Of a DNA stretch of 64,000 bases, positions 20,755 to 29,739 are shown in pieces (within the stretch, counting starts at the first letter, position 1; each line of letters opens with the position of its first letter). The DNA is taken from the NCBI GenBank assembly GCA_963837055.1, contig CAWILU010000006.1:100591-164590 (forward strand), in the 5' to 3' direction. Position numbers and translations under genes: made by a program. This DNA is from an uncultured Acidobacteriota bacterium. Its GTDB lineage: Bacteria; Actinomycetota; Acidimicrobiia; Spongiisociales; ZC4RG35. The notes under the pieces are model-generated. The model saw only the letters and a list, made by a program, of their open reading frames with translations, was not told the origin of the DNA and did not search any database.

Positions 20755-21290
20755 GGCGCCGCGGCGAGAGCGGAGCTTCGCTCGTGGAGGTTGGTCTCAT
20801 CCTCCCCATCCTGATCACGCTCGCGATCGGTCTATCGGAGATCGGGTTTCTGGTCGTCGACTACATGACCGTCACCAATGCGGCCAGAGAGGGAGCCCGC
20901 ACCGGCGCCGCGGCTGCCAACTTTCCCACCGCCGACGAGATCATCCTCGACGCGGTCGAGGAGGCGTCGTGCAACCTCCGGTTCGGGACTCTGGAGAAGG
21001 TGAGGATCTTTCAAGCCGACGGGACCGGGCAGCCCGTCGTCGGGTCGATCAACGAGTACTCGCCCAGCGGAAGCCTGACCTGCGACGCCCCAGGCAACTC
21101 CCTCAACTGCGACAACACCTGTCCATGGACCGCAGCCGGACGCGACCGTGAGCCACCCGGTCTCGACGTCCTCGGTGTCGAAGTCACCTTCTCTCACACC
21201 AGCGTCACCGGGATCTTCCCGTTCCCCACCGTCGACTGGGACGAGACCGCGGTGATGCAGATCGAGCCCGACACCAGGGGAACCCAGTGA
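20751..21290 (+). CDS. tadE: TadE/TadF-type minor pilin (cassette 1, gene b)
   Basis: RRRGESG|ASLVE, NAAREGARTG; ATGA overlap. Confidence 0.85.
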   Translation: MRRRGESGASLVEVGLILPILITLAIGLSEIGFLVVDYMTVTNAAREGARTGAAAANFPTADEIILDAVEEASCNLRFGTLEKVRIFQADGTGQPVVGSINEYSPSGSLTCDAPGNSLNCDNTCPWTAAGRDREPPGLDVLGVEVTFSHTSVTGIFPFPTVDWDETAVMQIEPDTRGTQ

Positions 21291-22783
21291 GACGGATCTT
21301 CCGACGGGCGAAAGAGGACGAACGAGGCGCAGCGCTGGCATTGGTGGCCGGCTCGCTGGTGCTGTTGATGGGAATGGCGGCGTTCGGTACCGACCTCGCC
21401 TGGTTCTACCTCAACGCCAGTCGAATGCAGCGCGCTGCCGACGCCGCCGCCCTCGGTGGGGTCATCTGGCTCCCCGCTGAGCCAGGCACTGCCGACGCCA
21501 CCGCGCTGGACATAGCCACACGCAACGGGTACGACGACACCCTCACCGACGTCGATGTGGTCCCTGCGGCCGTCCCCGGTGAGCCCAACAAGCTAGAGGT
21601 GACCATTCGGGACGTCGTCCCCACGTTCTTCGCCAAAGTCCTCGGCTTTGACACGATGGCGATCTCGCGGACTGCGGTCGCCGAATACATCCCCCCATTG
21701 AGGCTGGGCAGCCCGGAGAACCAGTTCGGAAACACATGCGACCCGGAACAGCCAGGATGCACCGGGCAGGCCAACTTCTGGGCGAACATCCATGGCAAAT
21801 GGACCGACCGGGGCATGGGCGACGCCTACTCGTCGTGGTGCGACAACGCCAACGATGCCCCTGGTTGTGCTCAGAACGCCACCGCCCGGAGCACGGGTTA
21901 CCTCTACGGCATCGAATCGACGTCGAGCTTCACTCTCCAGTTCAACGACCTGGCCTTCCACAACCAGTCCGGGGGCAACCCGACCAACGACGGGGTCCGG
22001 ACCGGCGACCGGGGCTGTGAGGACTGGGGCCCGAACCCGGCCCCAGACTGCGGGCCGTCGATGTATGTGGCGCTCTACGCGCCTGATCCGACGCCACTGA
22101 AGGTCTCGGACAACCCTCTCCTCTGCCAAGCCACCATCCCACCCCTCCCCCAGGGCCTGGAGACCGACCCCTACGCGTTCACTGCCCCGGACGGCCAGGG
22201 GTGCTGGACCCAGTCCGGGTCCGGCATCTACGTGGTGGAGGTTCGCCACGTCGACCCCGGCGCGGTTGTCGACCGATCGGGTCTCAACAGGTACTCGGTG
22301 AGGTCCTCGACCGGCAACCTGTTCGCCCTCGGCGACTTCTCCATCTACAACAACTTCAGCGGCTCGGTCACCTCGTTCTACCTGGCCGAGGTCCCGACCT
22401 ACTACCACGGGAAGACTTTCGTCATCGAGCTCTACGACGCCGGTGAGTCAGCGGCCAACGGCACCCTCCAGGTCAAGGACCCGAGTGGCAACACGTTCAA
22501 TGACGGAGAGTGCCGCATCTACGAGCGGAGCCACACCAGCCCGAACTGGAACTTGCAGCAGGTCGTCCCCGCCGGAAGTGATTGTCAGGAGCTCGTCACC
22601 CCGCAGGAGTACCACCGCCGATGGCTCAAGTTCGAGATGGAGCTGCCCCCCGAGTATGCCTGCGTCGCGGGAGGTATTCCTGGCTGCTGGTGGAAGATGA
22701 ACTACGTCTACACGTCGCCGGTGAACGACACCACCACCTGGCGGGCTTACATGATCGGCAATCCGATCCATCTGGTCGAATAG
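21287..22783 (+). CDS. tadG: TadG-like pilin-adhesin (cassette 1, gene c)
   Basis: DERG|AALAL, D.AW.YL...QRAADAAALGG Tad N-terminus; 12-Cys C-terminal domain; GTGA overlap. Confidence 0.82.
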   Translation: MRRIFRRAKEDERGAALALVAGSLVLLMGMAAFGTDLAWFYLNASRMQRAADAAALGGVIWLPAEPGTADATALDIATRNGYDDTLTDVDVVPAAVPGEPNKLEVTIRDVVPTFFAKVLGFDTMAISRTAVAEYIPPLRLGSPENQFGNTCDPEQPGCTGQANFWANIHGKWTDRGMGDAYSSWCDNANDAPGCAQNATARSTGYLYGIESTSSFTLQFNDLAFHNQSGGNPTNDGVRTGDRGCEDWGPNPAPDCGPSMYVALYAPDPTPLKVSDNPLLCQATIPPLPQGLETDPYAFTAPDGQGCWTQSGSGIYVVEVRHVDPGAVVDRSGLNRYSVRSSTGNLFALGDFSIYNNFSGSVTSFYLAEVPTYYHGKTFVIELYDAGESAANGTLQVKDPSGNTFNDGECRIYERSHTSPNWNLQQVVPAGSDCQELVTPQEYHRRWLKFEMELPPEYACVAGGIPGCWWKMNYVYTSPVNDTTTWRAYMIGNPIHLVE

Positions 22784-22988
22784 CAATCGCCCAACTCTGA
22801 ACACTCTCGGTCCCGAAAGCCCACTCTGAGTCACCGGCTGGGCCGATCGACCCCAATCGTCCGATCGCCGATTTCTGCTTCAAGTAGTTGGCCCTTTCTG
22901 CCGAAGAACCCTGGTCGATGAGCATTCGATCAGCATCCCTCGACGAGGCAGCGTGCTCGGTGGGTGGAAAGACGTGAAAGCAGTGAAC

Positions 22989-23576
22989 ATGAGGGGCAAC
23001 CAGAGCGGCACAGATCGTTCTCGCGAACGCGGGTCAACGCTCCTCGAGGCGTCGATCGTGTACGGCCTTCTCTTCCTCTCGTTGTTCGCAATCGTCGAGT
23101 TCGGGCTCGCCTTCAAGGACTGGCTCTCCGTCAGCCACGCCGCTCGTGAGGGCGCCCGAGCCGGAGCGACCTATGGCGACGACCCGCGGGCCGACATCCA
23201 GATTCTCCGCGACATCGAGCAAACCCTGAATCCGGCCGGCATCTCCGCCGGGATGAGTGCACGCATCTACGAGGCAACACCTTCCGGCGAGTCGACCACC
23301 TATTCCTACGCCCCCGGCACCGGCTGCTCCAGCACGGTTGTTCCCGCCCTCCCGGGGTGCTGCGACTGGTCGCCCTGCCCTGAACCTTTCCGCACCAACT
23401 ACGTGACTCCCGTATGGGATCCTTCAGACCGAGACGTGGAGGCGCCCACGACGGACCGAGTCGGGGTCGAGGTCGATTTCACCCACCAGTGGCTCACCAG
23501 CTATTTCACCCCGTCCACCGACTTCACCAGTTCAACCGACTTCCAGGTCGAGCCACAGGTGTTCGGCTCCTCATGA
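22989..23576 (+). CDS. tadE: TadE-type minor pilin (cassette 2, gene a; paralog of 20176-20754)
   Basis: RSRERG|STLLE; GLAFKDWLSVSHAAREGARAGATYGDDP is identical to cassette 1 gene a. Confidence 0.85.
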   Translation: MRGNQSGTDRSRERGSTLLEASIVYGLLFLSLFAIVEFGLAFKDWLSVSHAAREGARAGATYGDDPRADIQILRDIEQTLNPAGISAGMSARIYEATPSGESTTYSYAPGTGCSSTVVPALPGCCDWSPCPEPFRTNYVTPVWDPSDRDVEAPTTDRVGVEVDFTHQWLTSYFTPSTDFTSSTDFQVEPQVFGSS

Positions 23577-24130
23577 GACGACGACTCGAGAAGGGCGCCA
23601 GCCTCGTCGAGGCCTCGATCCTCCTCCCCATGCTGATCCTGCTCGCCATCGGCCTCTCCGAGGTCGGGTTCTTGGTGGTCGACTATCTCACGGTCAGCAA
23701 CTCGGCCCGTGAAGGGGCCCGGACCGGGGCAGCTGCGGCGAATTTCAATGACACCGTCACCGGCACCGATGCCGATGACCTGATCCTCGCCGCCGTCGAG
23801 GAATCGGCCTGCAACCTCAACTTTGGTGACCTCGAGGAAGTCCGGATCTTCAAGGCGGATTCGGCAGGGAACCCGATGTCTGGAGCGGTCAACGTCTATT
23901 CCCCAACAGCCGCTCTTGCCTGTGACAGCGCCGCCACCAACCTCGGATGCGACAACGGCTGTCCATGGGCCCCATCTACCCGGGACCGGGTACCGCCGAC
24001 CTTCGACTCGCTCGGCGTGGAGATCACCTTCTCGCATACCGACCTCACCGGGTTCTTTCCGTTCCCGACGGTCAACTGGACCGAAACCGCAGTGATGCGG
24101 ATCGAGCCTGACACGAGGGGCACGCAATGA
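23573..24130 (+). CDS. tadE: TadE/TadF-type minor pilin (cassette 2, gene b; paralog of 20751-21290)
   Basis: RRRLEKG|ASLVE; ends IEPDTRGTQ like cassette 1 gene b. Confidence 0.85.
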   Translation: MRRRLEKGASLVEASILLPMLILLAIGLSEVGFLVVDYLTVSNSAREGARTGAAAANFNDTVTGTDADDLILAAVEESACNLNFGDLEEVRIFKADSAGNPMSGAVNVYSPTAALACDSAATNLGCDNGCPWAPSTRDRVPPTFDSLGVEITFSHTDLTGFFPFPTVNWTETAVMRIEPDTRGTQ

Positions 24131-25623
24131 GGAAGTTGATCGAGAGGGCTCGTGACAACGACCGGGGCGCGGCCATGGTTCTGGTAGCGATGTCGATGGT
24201 GGTCCTTCTCGGAATGGCCGCATTCGGCACCGATCTCGCCTGGTTCTACCTCAACGCCAGCCGAGTGCAGCGCGCCGCCGATGCCGCCGCCCTCGGAGGG
24301 GTGGTCTGGCTCCCCGGCGCTTCCGGCACCGCCATCTCGACGGCGCAGGCCGTCGCACTGCAGAACGGGTACGACAACAGCGCACCCGACATCGCGGTCT
24401 CGCCCGCCGTCGTGACCGGGGAACAGAACCAACTCGAAGTCTCCGTGAGCGACGTCGTGCCCACCTTCTTCCTCAGTGTCCTCGGGGTCGACACGATGGA
24501 AATCGAGCGATCGGCGATCGCCGAGTACATACCGCCTTTGAAATTGGGGAGTCCAGCCGGCGACTTCGGCAACGGCTGCGCCCCGGGGTCGACCGGCTGC
24601 CCTTCCGGACAGCCCAACTTCTGGGCCAACATCCATGGATGGTTCACTGACACCGGCATGGGTGATGCCTACACCTCGCACTGCGTGGGAGCCTCGGATG
24701 TCCCCACCTGCACCGCGAACCCGATCGCCCGACCGGGCGGCTATCTCTACGGAATCGAGAGGGGGACCGGGCCCTTCACGATCCAGGGGATCGATCTCAG
24801 ATTCTTCAACACTTCCGGGGGCAATCCCACCAGTGACACCATCCGCACGGGTGACCGTGGGTGTGAGGACTGGACCCCGAGCGCCGCTGCCACCTGTGGG
24901 CCGACCATGCTGGTCAAGCTCTACGCCCCGGACCCCACACCACTCGACCTCTCCGACAATGCCGCCCCCTTGTGCACGGCCACGCTCACCCCCACCGGGC
25001 AGGTGCTGCCCGCCGCCGCCTACAACTGGGCAACGCCGAACGCCAACGCCTGCTGGACTCAGTCCGGCGCCGGGATCTATGTCCTCCAGATCGCAGTTCA
25101 AGACCCCGGCGCCACGGTCGACCGGGCCGGTCTGAATCGTTACTCGGTCAGAGCGACCAACAACGGGGCCAAGCTGTTCGCCCTCGGTGACTTCTCGATC
25201 TACAACAACGCCAGCGGCACCACAACCTCCTTCTACCTGGCAGAAGTGCCCACCTACTACCACGGGAAGACCTTCGTGGTGGAGTTGTACGACGCCGGCG
25301 AGTCCGCCGCCAATGGGACCCTCGCCGTGGTCGATCCCTCGGCCGCGATCTTCAACGACGGCCAGTGCCGGATTTACAGCCGCAACAACCCGACCGTGGC
25401 CTGGAACCTTCAAACGACCATCCCCAGTGGCTCGAACTGTCAGGAGACGGTGACCCCCGGTGAGTACAACGGGCGCTGGCTCAAGTTCGAGATGGATCTA
25501 CCTGCGGCGTACTCGTGCACCAACTGCTGGTGGAAGATGAGCTATGCCTATCCGACGGCGGTGAACGACACCACAACCTGGCGTGCCTACATGATCGGGA
25601 ACCCGATCCACCTCATCGACTGA
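24127..25623 (+). CDS. tadG: TadG-like pilin-adhesin (cassette 2, gene c)
   Basis: NDRG|AAMVL; 498 aa with the same 12 Cys positions as cassette 1 TadG. Confidence 0.82.
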   Translation: MRKLIERARDNDRGAAMVLVAMSMVVLLGMAAFGTDLAWFYLNASRVQRAADAAALGGVVWLPGASGTAISTAQAVALQNGYDNSAPDIAVSPAVVTGEQNQLEVSVSDVVPTFFLSVLGVDTMEIERSAIAEYIPPLKLGSPAGDFGNGCAPGSTGCPSGQPNFWANIHGWFTDTGMGDAYTSHCVGASDVPTCTANPIARPGGYLYGIERGTGPFTIQGIDLRFFNTSGGNPTSDTIRTGDRGCEDWTPSAAATCGPTMLVKLYAPDPTPLDLSDNAAPLCTATLTPTGQVLPAAAYNWATPNANACWTQSGAGIYVLQIAVQDPGATVDRAGLNRYSVRATNNGAKLFALGDFSIYNNASGTTTSFYLAEVPTYYHGKTFVVELYDAGESAANGTLAVVDPSAAIFNDGQCRIYSRNNPTVAWNLQTTIPSGSNCQETVTPGEYNGRWLKFEMDLPAAYSCTNCWWKMSYAYPTAVNDTTTWRAYMIGNPIHLID

Positions 25624-25651
25624 CCACGCTCGGTCCTCCTAATCTTCCCCG

Positions 25652-26503
25652 GTGCTGCCACCACCCGATTACATGCCCGCGTTGATCACGCCGTTCACCC
25701 GGGGCGGGGAGATCGACACCAGGGCTCACACCACCAATCTCCGGCTTCTCTCCAATGCCGGGATCGACGGCTTCGTCATCGGTGGCTCCAACGGGGAGGG
25801 GCCGTATCTGGAACCGGGTGAGCGGCATCGCCTGGTCAAGGCCGGGCGCCGTCGCAAGGCTCATTTCATGGTTGGCATCGCGGCCGAGTCGACTCGCGTC
25901 GCGATCAACCAGATCGAGGAGGCAGTCGAAGGTGGCGCAGACAGCGTGCTGGTGATGACCCCCACCACCATGACCCGGGGAAGGGACGACGCTGTTCTAC
26001 GTTTCTATCTGACCATCGCCGAGACGTCGACAGTGCCGGTCTTCCTGTACTCGGTACCCGGCGTGACCGCCTACAACCTCCCGGTAGAGCTGGTGTGGAG
26101 GCTGTCCCGGCACAAGAACGTGGTGGGAATGAAGGACTCGAGCGGAGACGTCGTCAGACTCCAGTCCATCATCGACGCTTCGCCGTCCGAGTTCATCCTC
26201 TACTCGGGCTCGTCGAGGGCCTTGACTGCGGCGATGGCCGTGGGTTGTCACGGGGCGATTACAGGATCGGGCAACTACGTCCCCGAGTTGGTGCTGCAGA
26301 CCCTGGCCGCCGCCAAGGCCGATCCGGCCAAGGCGAGGAAGCTGCAGAAGCGTCTCAGCGCGATCAGTTCCGACGTCGAAGCTCATGGCGTGCCCGGGGT
26401 CAAAGCGGCGGCAAAGGCGGCCGGGCTCGATGCCGGGCACCCGCGCGAGCCGTTGACCCGTCTCTCCAGGGGCGCCGAGACCTCGATCGCCAAGCTGATC
26501 TGA
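25652..26503 (+). CDS. DapA-family class I aldolase, 4-hydroxy-2-oxoglutarate aldolase-like
   Basis: GGSNGEG, LYSVP and GMKDSSGD (Schiff-base Lys). Confidence 0.8.
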   Translation: MLPPPDYMPALITPFTRGGEIDTRAHTTNLRLLSNAGIDGFVIGGSNGEGPYLEPGERHRLVKAGRRRKAHFMVGIAAESTRVAINQIEEAVEGGADSVLVMTPTTMTRGRDDAVLRFYLTIAETSTVPVFLYSVPGVTAYNLPVELVWRLSRHKNVVGMKDSSGDVVRLQSIIDASPSEFILYSGSSRALTAAMAVGCHGAITGSGNYVPELVLQTLAAAKADPAKARKLQKRLSAISSDVEAHGVPGVKAAAKAAGLDAGHPREPLTRLSRGAETSIAKLI

Positions 26504-26585
26504 GCCAGACGGGCTGAATCGCCCCTTCCTCAATGATTGCGCCGGCCTGTACCATTCGGCCCCCCAATCACCAAGGAGTCTGTGC

Positions 26586-26969
26586 GTGTCCAAGTTTCTA
26601 AGTGCCGAGTGGGCCTCGGAGGTCACATCGGCCCTCAACGGCCACCAGGGGTTCAAGAACGCCATCGGCGAGGCCGAGTTGGGCATCCAGTTCAACACCA
26701 CCGACGCCCCGGACGGTGAGGTCGACTACTACCTCCAAGCCGGTGGCGGTAACGCCACGATGGCCCTCGGCAGCCTCGAAGGCGCCGACGTGACGGTGAA
26801 GCAGACCTACGACACCGCCACTGCCATCTCCAAGGGCGAGCTCAACACCCAGACGGCCTTCATGACGGGCAAGCTGAAGGTGTCGGGGAACCTGGCCAAG
26901 CTGATGATGCACCAGGGGGCAATCCAGCAGTGGAGCTCGGCAGTGTCCGAGCTCGACGTGGAGTACTGA
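26586..26969 (+). CDS. SCP2 sterol/lipid-binding domain protein
   Basis: FLSAEW, ADVTV and AFMTGKLKVSGNLAKLM. Confidence 0.88.
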   Translation: MSKFLSAEWASEVTSALNGHQGFKNAIGEAELGIQFNTTDAPDGEVDYYLQAGGGNATMALGSLEGADVTVKQTYDTATAISKGELNTQTAFMTGKLKVSGNLAKLMMHQGAIQQWSSAVSELDVEY

Positions 26970-27092
26970 CCGACACATCGCGCTCGACTGGTCCTTTCGG
27001 GTTTTCCACGGGAGTCCCCTGGCGTCCCCTTCGGGACAACGGGATAATGGCGCCCGGTGGCATCGAAAGGCTCACCGCGCGACGGGGGATCT

Positions 27093-27638
27093 ATGGGAAG
27101 CAGGGACGGGCAAGGCGGGGCAACGCTGGTCGAAGCCGCCCTGGTACTGCCGATCATCATCCTCCTGATGGTCAGCCTCCTGGAACTGGGGCTCGCCTTC
27201 CGTGACTTCCTCACCCTGTCGTTCACGACCCGGGAGGCGGCACGGGTGGGCTCGTTGGCCGGCAACGATCCCGAAGCCGACTGTCACATCATCCAGAGCA
27301 TCGTCGCCGCCTTCGGGCCTGGTGACCTCAATGAAGTCGTCATCGAGATCTTCAAGGCCAATGAAGGATCGGGCGAGCCGGAGCCCGGGATGATCAACAC
27401 CTGGGCTCTGCGACCGAGCGGGGACCCGGCTAGCTGCGACCCGGCCGATTGGTCGATCACGGAGAACTGGCCCAGCATCTCACGCGAAGTGACCGTCGGG
27501 GCAACCTCGAGTCTCGACATCCTCGGCGTCACCATCGCCAAAGACCACCAGTGGGTGACCGGGTTTCCGCCATGGCGGGGGACGATCAATGTGAGCCGCA
27601 CCGCTCTGCAGCGTCTCGAGCCGGAGGCCTTCGAATGA
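27093..27638 (+). CDS. tadE: TadE-type minor pilin (cassette 3, gene a)
   Basis: RDGQGG|ATLVE, TREAARVG; ends RLEPEAFE. Confidence 0.85.
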   Translation: MGSRDGQGGATLVEAALVLPIIILLMVSLLELGLAFRDFLTLSFTTREAARVGSLAGNDPEADCHIIQSIVAAFGPGDLNEVVIEIFKANEGSGEPEPGMINTWALRPSGDPASCDPADWSITENWPSISREVTVGATSSLDILGVTIAKDHQWVTGFPPWRGTINVSRTALQRLEPEAFE

Positions 27639-29137
27639 GGCAGCGACCCAAGGACGAGGGCATCACCCTCGTCTGGCTTGCCCTCACCCTGGTTTTGCTC
27701 ATCGGTATGGCTGGGTTCGGCACCGATCTGGGATGGCTGTTCCTCAACACTTCCCGGGCGCAGAAGGCCGTCGATGCCGCCGCCCTGGCCGGAGTGGTGA
27801 ATCTGCCCGGCTTCCCCAACCTCGCCGAGGAGGATGCGGAAGACGCGGCGCGGGCCAACGGGTACGACCCCGATGGTGCCGACACCCTGATCGTGACACC
27901 TCTCGACGAGGATCGGCTGCACGCCGAGCTGCAGACGCAGGTCGATACCTTCTTCCTGAAGGTGCTCGGCTTCGATCATTTCGACATCAGTCGGGAGGCG
28001 ACGGCCGAGTACGTCAAGCCGGTGCCCCTGGGCAGCCCGAACCGCTGCTTCGGACAGGACCCGACCGGGGGGTTCTGCACCGCCAACATCAACGATTTCT
28101 GGGGCGCGGTGTCCGCCCCGTTCACCCTGAAAGAGGACGGCGACCCCTACTCGACCAACTGTGTCGTCAACAGCAGCGCCTCCTCGTGCACCTCGAGCAA
28201 TCCAACATTCAGCCGGGGGCCTGGGGGATATGACGGCTATTACTACGCGGTTGACGTCCCGATCGGCTCATCCGATCTGACTGTCTCGATCTACGACGCC
28301 AGATTCGACGAGAGGCCCAATTACCCGAACATCGAGAGCGCCGACGCCCGCTTCAATCCCGGTGGCGCCGGCAATCCGGGGGTCACCACCCATTTCCAGC
28401 TCCACGACGTGGACACCTCACCATCCGATCCCACCGACAATCCGTCGCTAGGCGGGTGCTCGTTCGACTTGACCCCCAATGTGGACCCGTCGAGCTCGCC
28501 CCAGAAGAACGCCTGGAGCACGCTCTGCAGCATCGGGAGCCCGACGCCAGGTCTCTACATGCTCCACGTGTGGTCGTCCGGGGTGGGATCGGGGTCAAAT
28601 CAATACTCCGTCGCCGCCGCCACCAGCAGCAGCCCCCAACCCCAGGTCTACGGCATCAACGACATGTCGATCTTCTCCAATCGCCTCACCTCGGCCTCCC
28701 AGCTCTATCTGGCCGAGATCAGCGAAGACCACGCCGGTAAGAAGCTCGAGCTCGAGTTCTTCGATGCCGGCGACGCCCAGGGGTTCTCCCAGATGAGTGT
28801 CCGCGACCCGTTCGGGAACATGCCTGCCGACTGCACATGGACGGTGTGGAACCACGACCAGACATCACAGTTGGGCAGCGGTTCGGGCTGCTCGTGGGTC
28901 ACCTCCGATCCACCCACCATCCAGCTCTTCAACAACCAGTGGATCGTGGCTGTCATCGACCTTCCCGACGACCCGGAGGCGATGTGTGACGAGTCGAAGT
29001 CTGTCGAGCTCCAGTGTTTCTGGCATATGGATCTCGACCTCTCCGAGCCCAACGAGCGCACCACCTGGCGGGCCCGGGTCATCGGGAACCCGGTCCGATT
29101 GATCCCCAACCCCATCACCGAAGAGCCGGCGCCATGA
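27635..29137 (+). CDS. tadG: TadG-like pilin-adhesin (cassette 3)
   Basis: KDEG|ITLVW, QKAVDAAALAG; 10 Cys; ends TTWRARVIGNPVRL; ATGA overlap. Confidence 0.82.
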   Translation: MRQRPKDEGITLVWLALTLVLLIGMAGFGTDLGWLFLNTSRAQKAVDAAALAGVVNLPGFPNLAEEDAEDAARANGYDPDGADTLIVTPLDEDRLHAELQTQVDTFFLKVLGFDHFDISREATAEYVKPVPLGSPNRCFGQDPTGGFCTANINDFWGAVSAPFTLKEDGDPYSTNCVVNSSASSCTSSNPTFSRGPGGYDGYYYAVDVPIGSSDLTVSIYDARFDERPNYPNIESADARFNPGGAGNPGVTTHFQLHDVDTSPSDPTDNPSLGGCSFDLTPNVDPSSSPQKNAWSTLCSIGSPTPGLYMLHVWSSGVGSGSNQYSVAAATSSSPQPQVYGINDMSIFSNRLTSASQLYLAEISEDHAGKKLELEFFDAGDAQGFSQMSVRDPFGNMPADCTWTVWNHDQTSQLGSGSGCSWVTSDPPTIQLFNNQWIVAVIDLPDDPEAMCDESKSVELQCFWHMDLDLSEPNERTTWRARVIGNPVRLIPNPITEEPAP

Positions 29138-29667
29138 GAGGGGAACGAGGCACCGCGGCCATCGAGCTGGCCATGGCGATCGTGATCATGCTGATGCTCG
29201 CCCTCGGTGCGTACGAGTGGGGTACCGGGTTCGCCGACCGAATCGCCATGACCTCGGCCGTGCGGGAAGCCGCTCGTGTCGGTAGCGCAGCCGGGGACCT
29301 GCCCACGGCCGATTGCCGCATAATCGAGGCCGCGGCCGGCTCTCTCAACGCAGTGGCAGGCAACGCCGTGGAAGAGCTCTGGATCTACGAATCGGACGCG
29401 AACGGGACCGTGGGTCTGAGCCGCCAGGTGTACCGCCCGGCGAACGAGGACGAGGTAGGTCTGGAATGCAGCGGCGGCACATGGTTCCTGTCGGCCAATG
29501 GCTGGCCCTCCTCTTCGCGGGTGGACAGCGGCTCCGCCCGAGACTGGCTTGGGGTCAAGGTCATCGTCGACCACGAGTGGAAGACGAATTTCCTCTGGTG
29601 GACTGGCTCGGTCCAATGGGAGGAAGATGCCGTCTTCCACATCGAGCCTGGTGTCGTCACCGGCTGA
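29134..29667 (+). CDS. tadE: TadE/TadF-type minor pilin (cassette 3, last gene)
   Basis: MRGERG|TAAIE, AVREAARVG; ends FHIEPG. Confidence 0.85.
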   Translation: MRGERGTAAIELAMAIVIMLMLALGAYEWGTGFADRIAMTSAVREAARVGSAAGDLPTADCRIIEAAAGSLNAVAGNAVEELWIYESDANGTVGLSRQVYRPANEDEVGLECSGGTWFLSANGWPSSSRVDSGSARDWLGVKVIVDHEWKTNFLWWTGSVQWEEDAVFHIEPGVVTG

Positions 29668-29739
29668 GTTCTGTGTCGAGATAGGCCGACACCGCACGAC
29701 ATAGAGTTGACAGGCGTCCCCGAGAGAAGGGAACCACGG

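Noticed and set aside
20176-25623. Diversity-generating retroelement template/variable repeat explanation for the duplicated pilin genes
   Set aside because: Differences are mostly synonymous and not adenine-specific, and there is no reverse transcriptase in the window.
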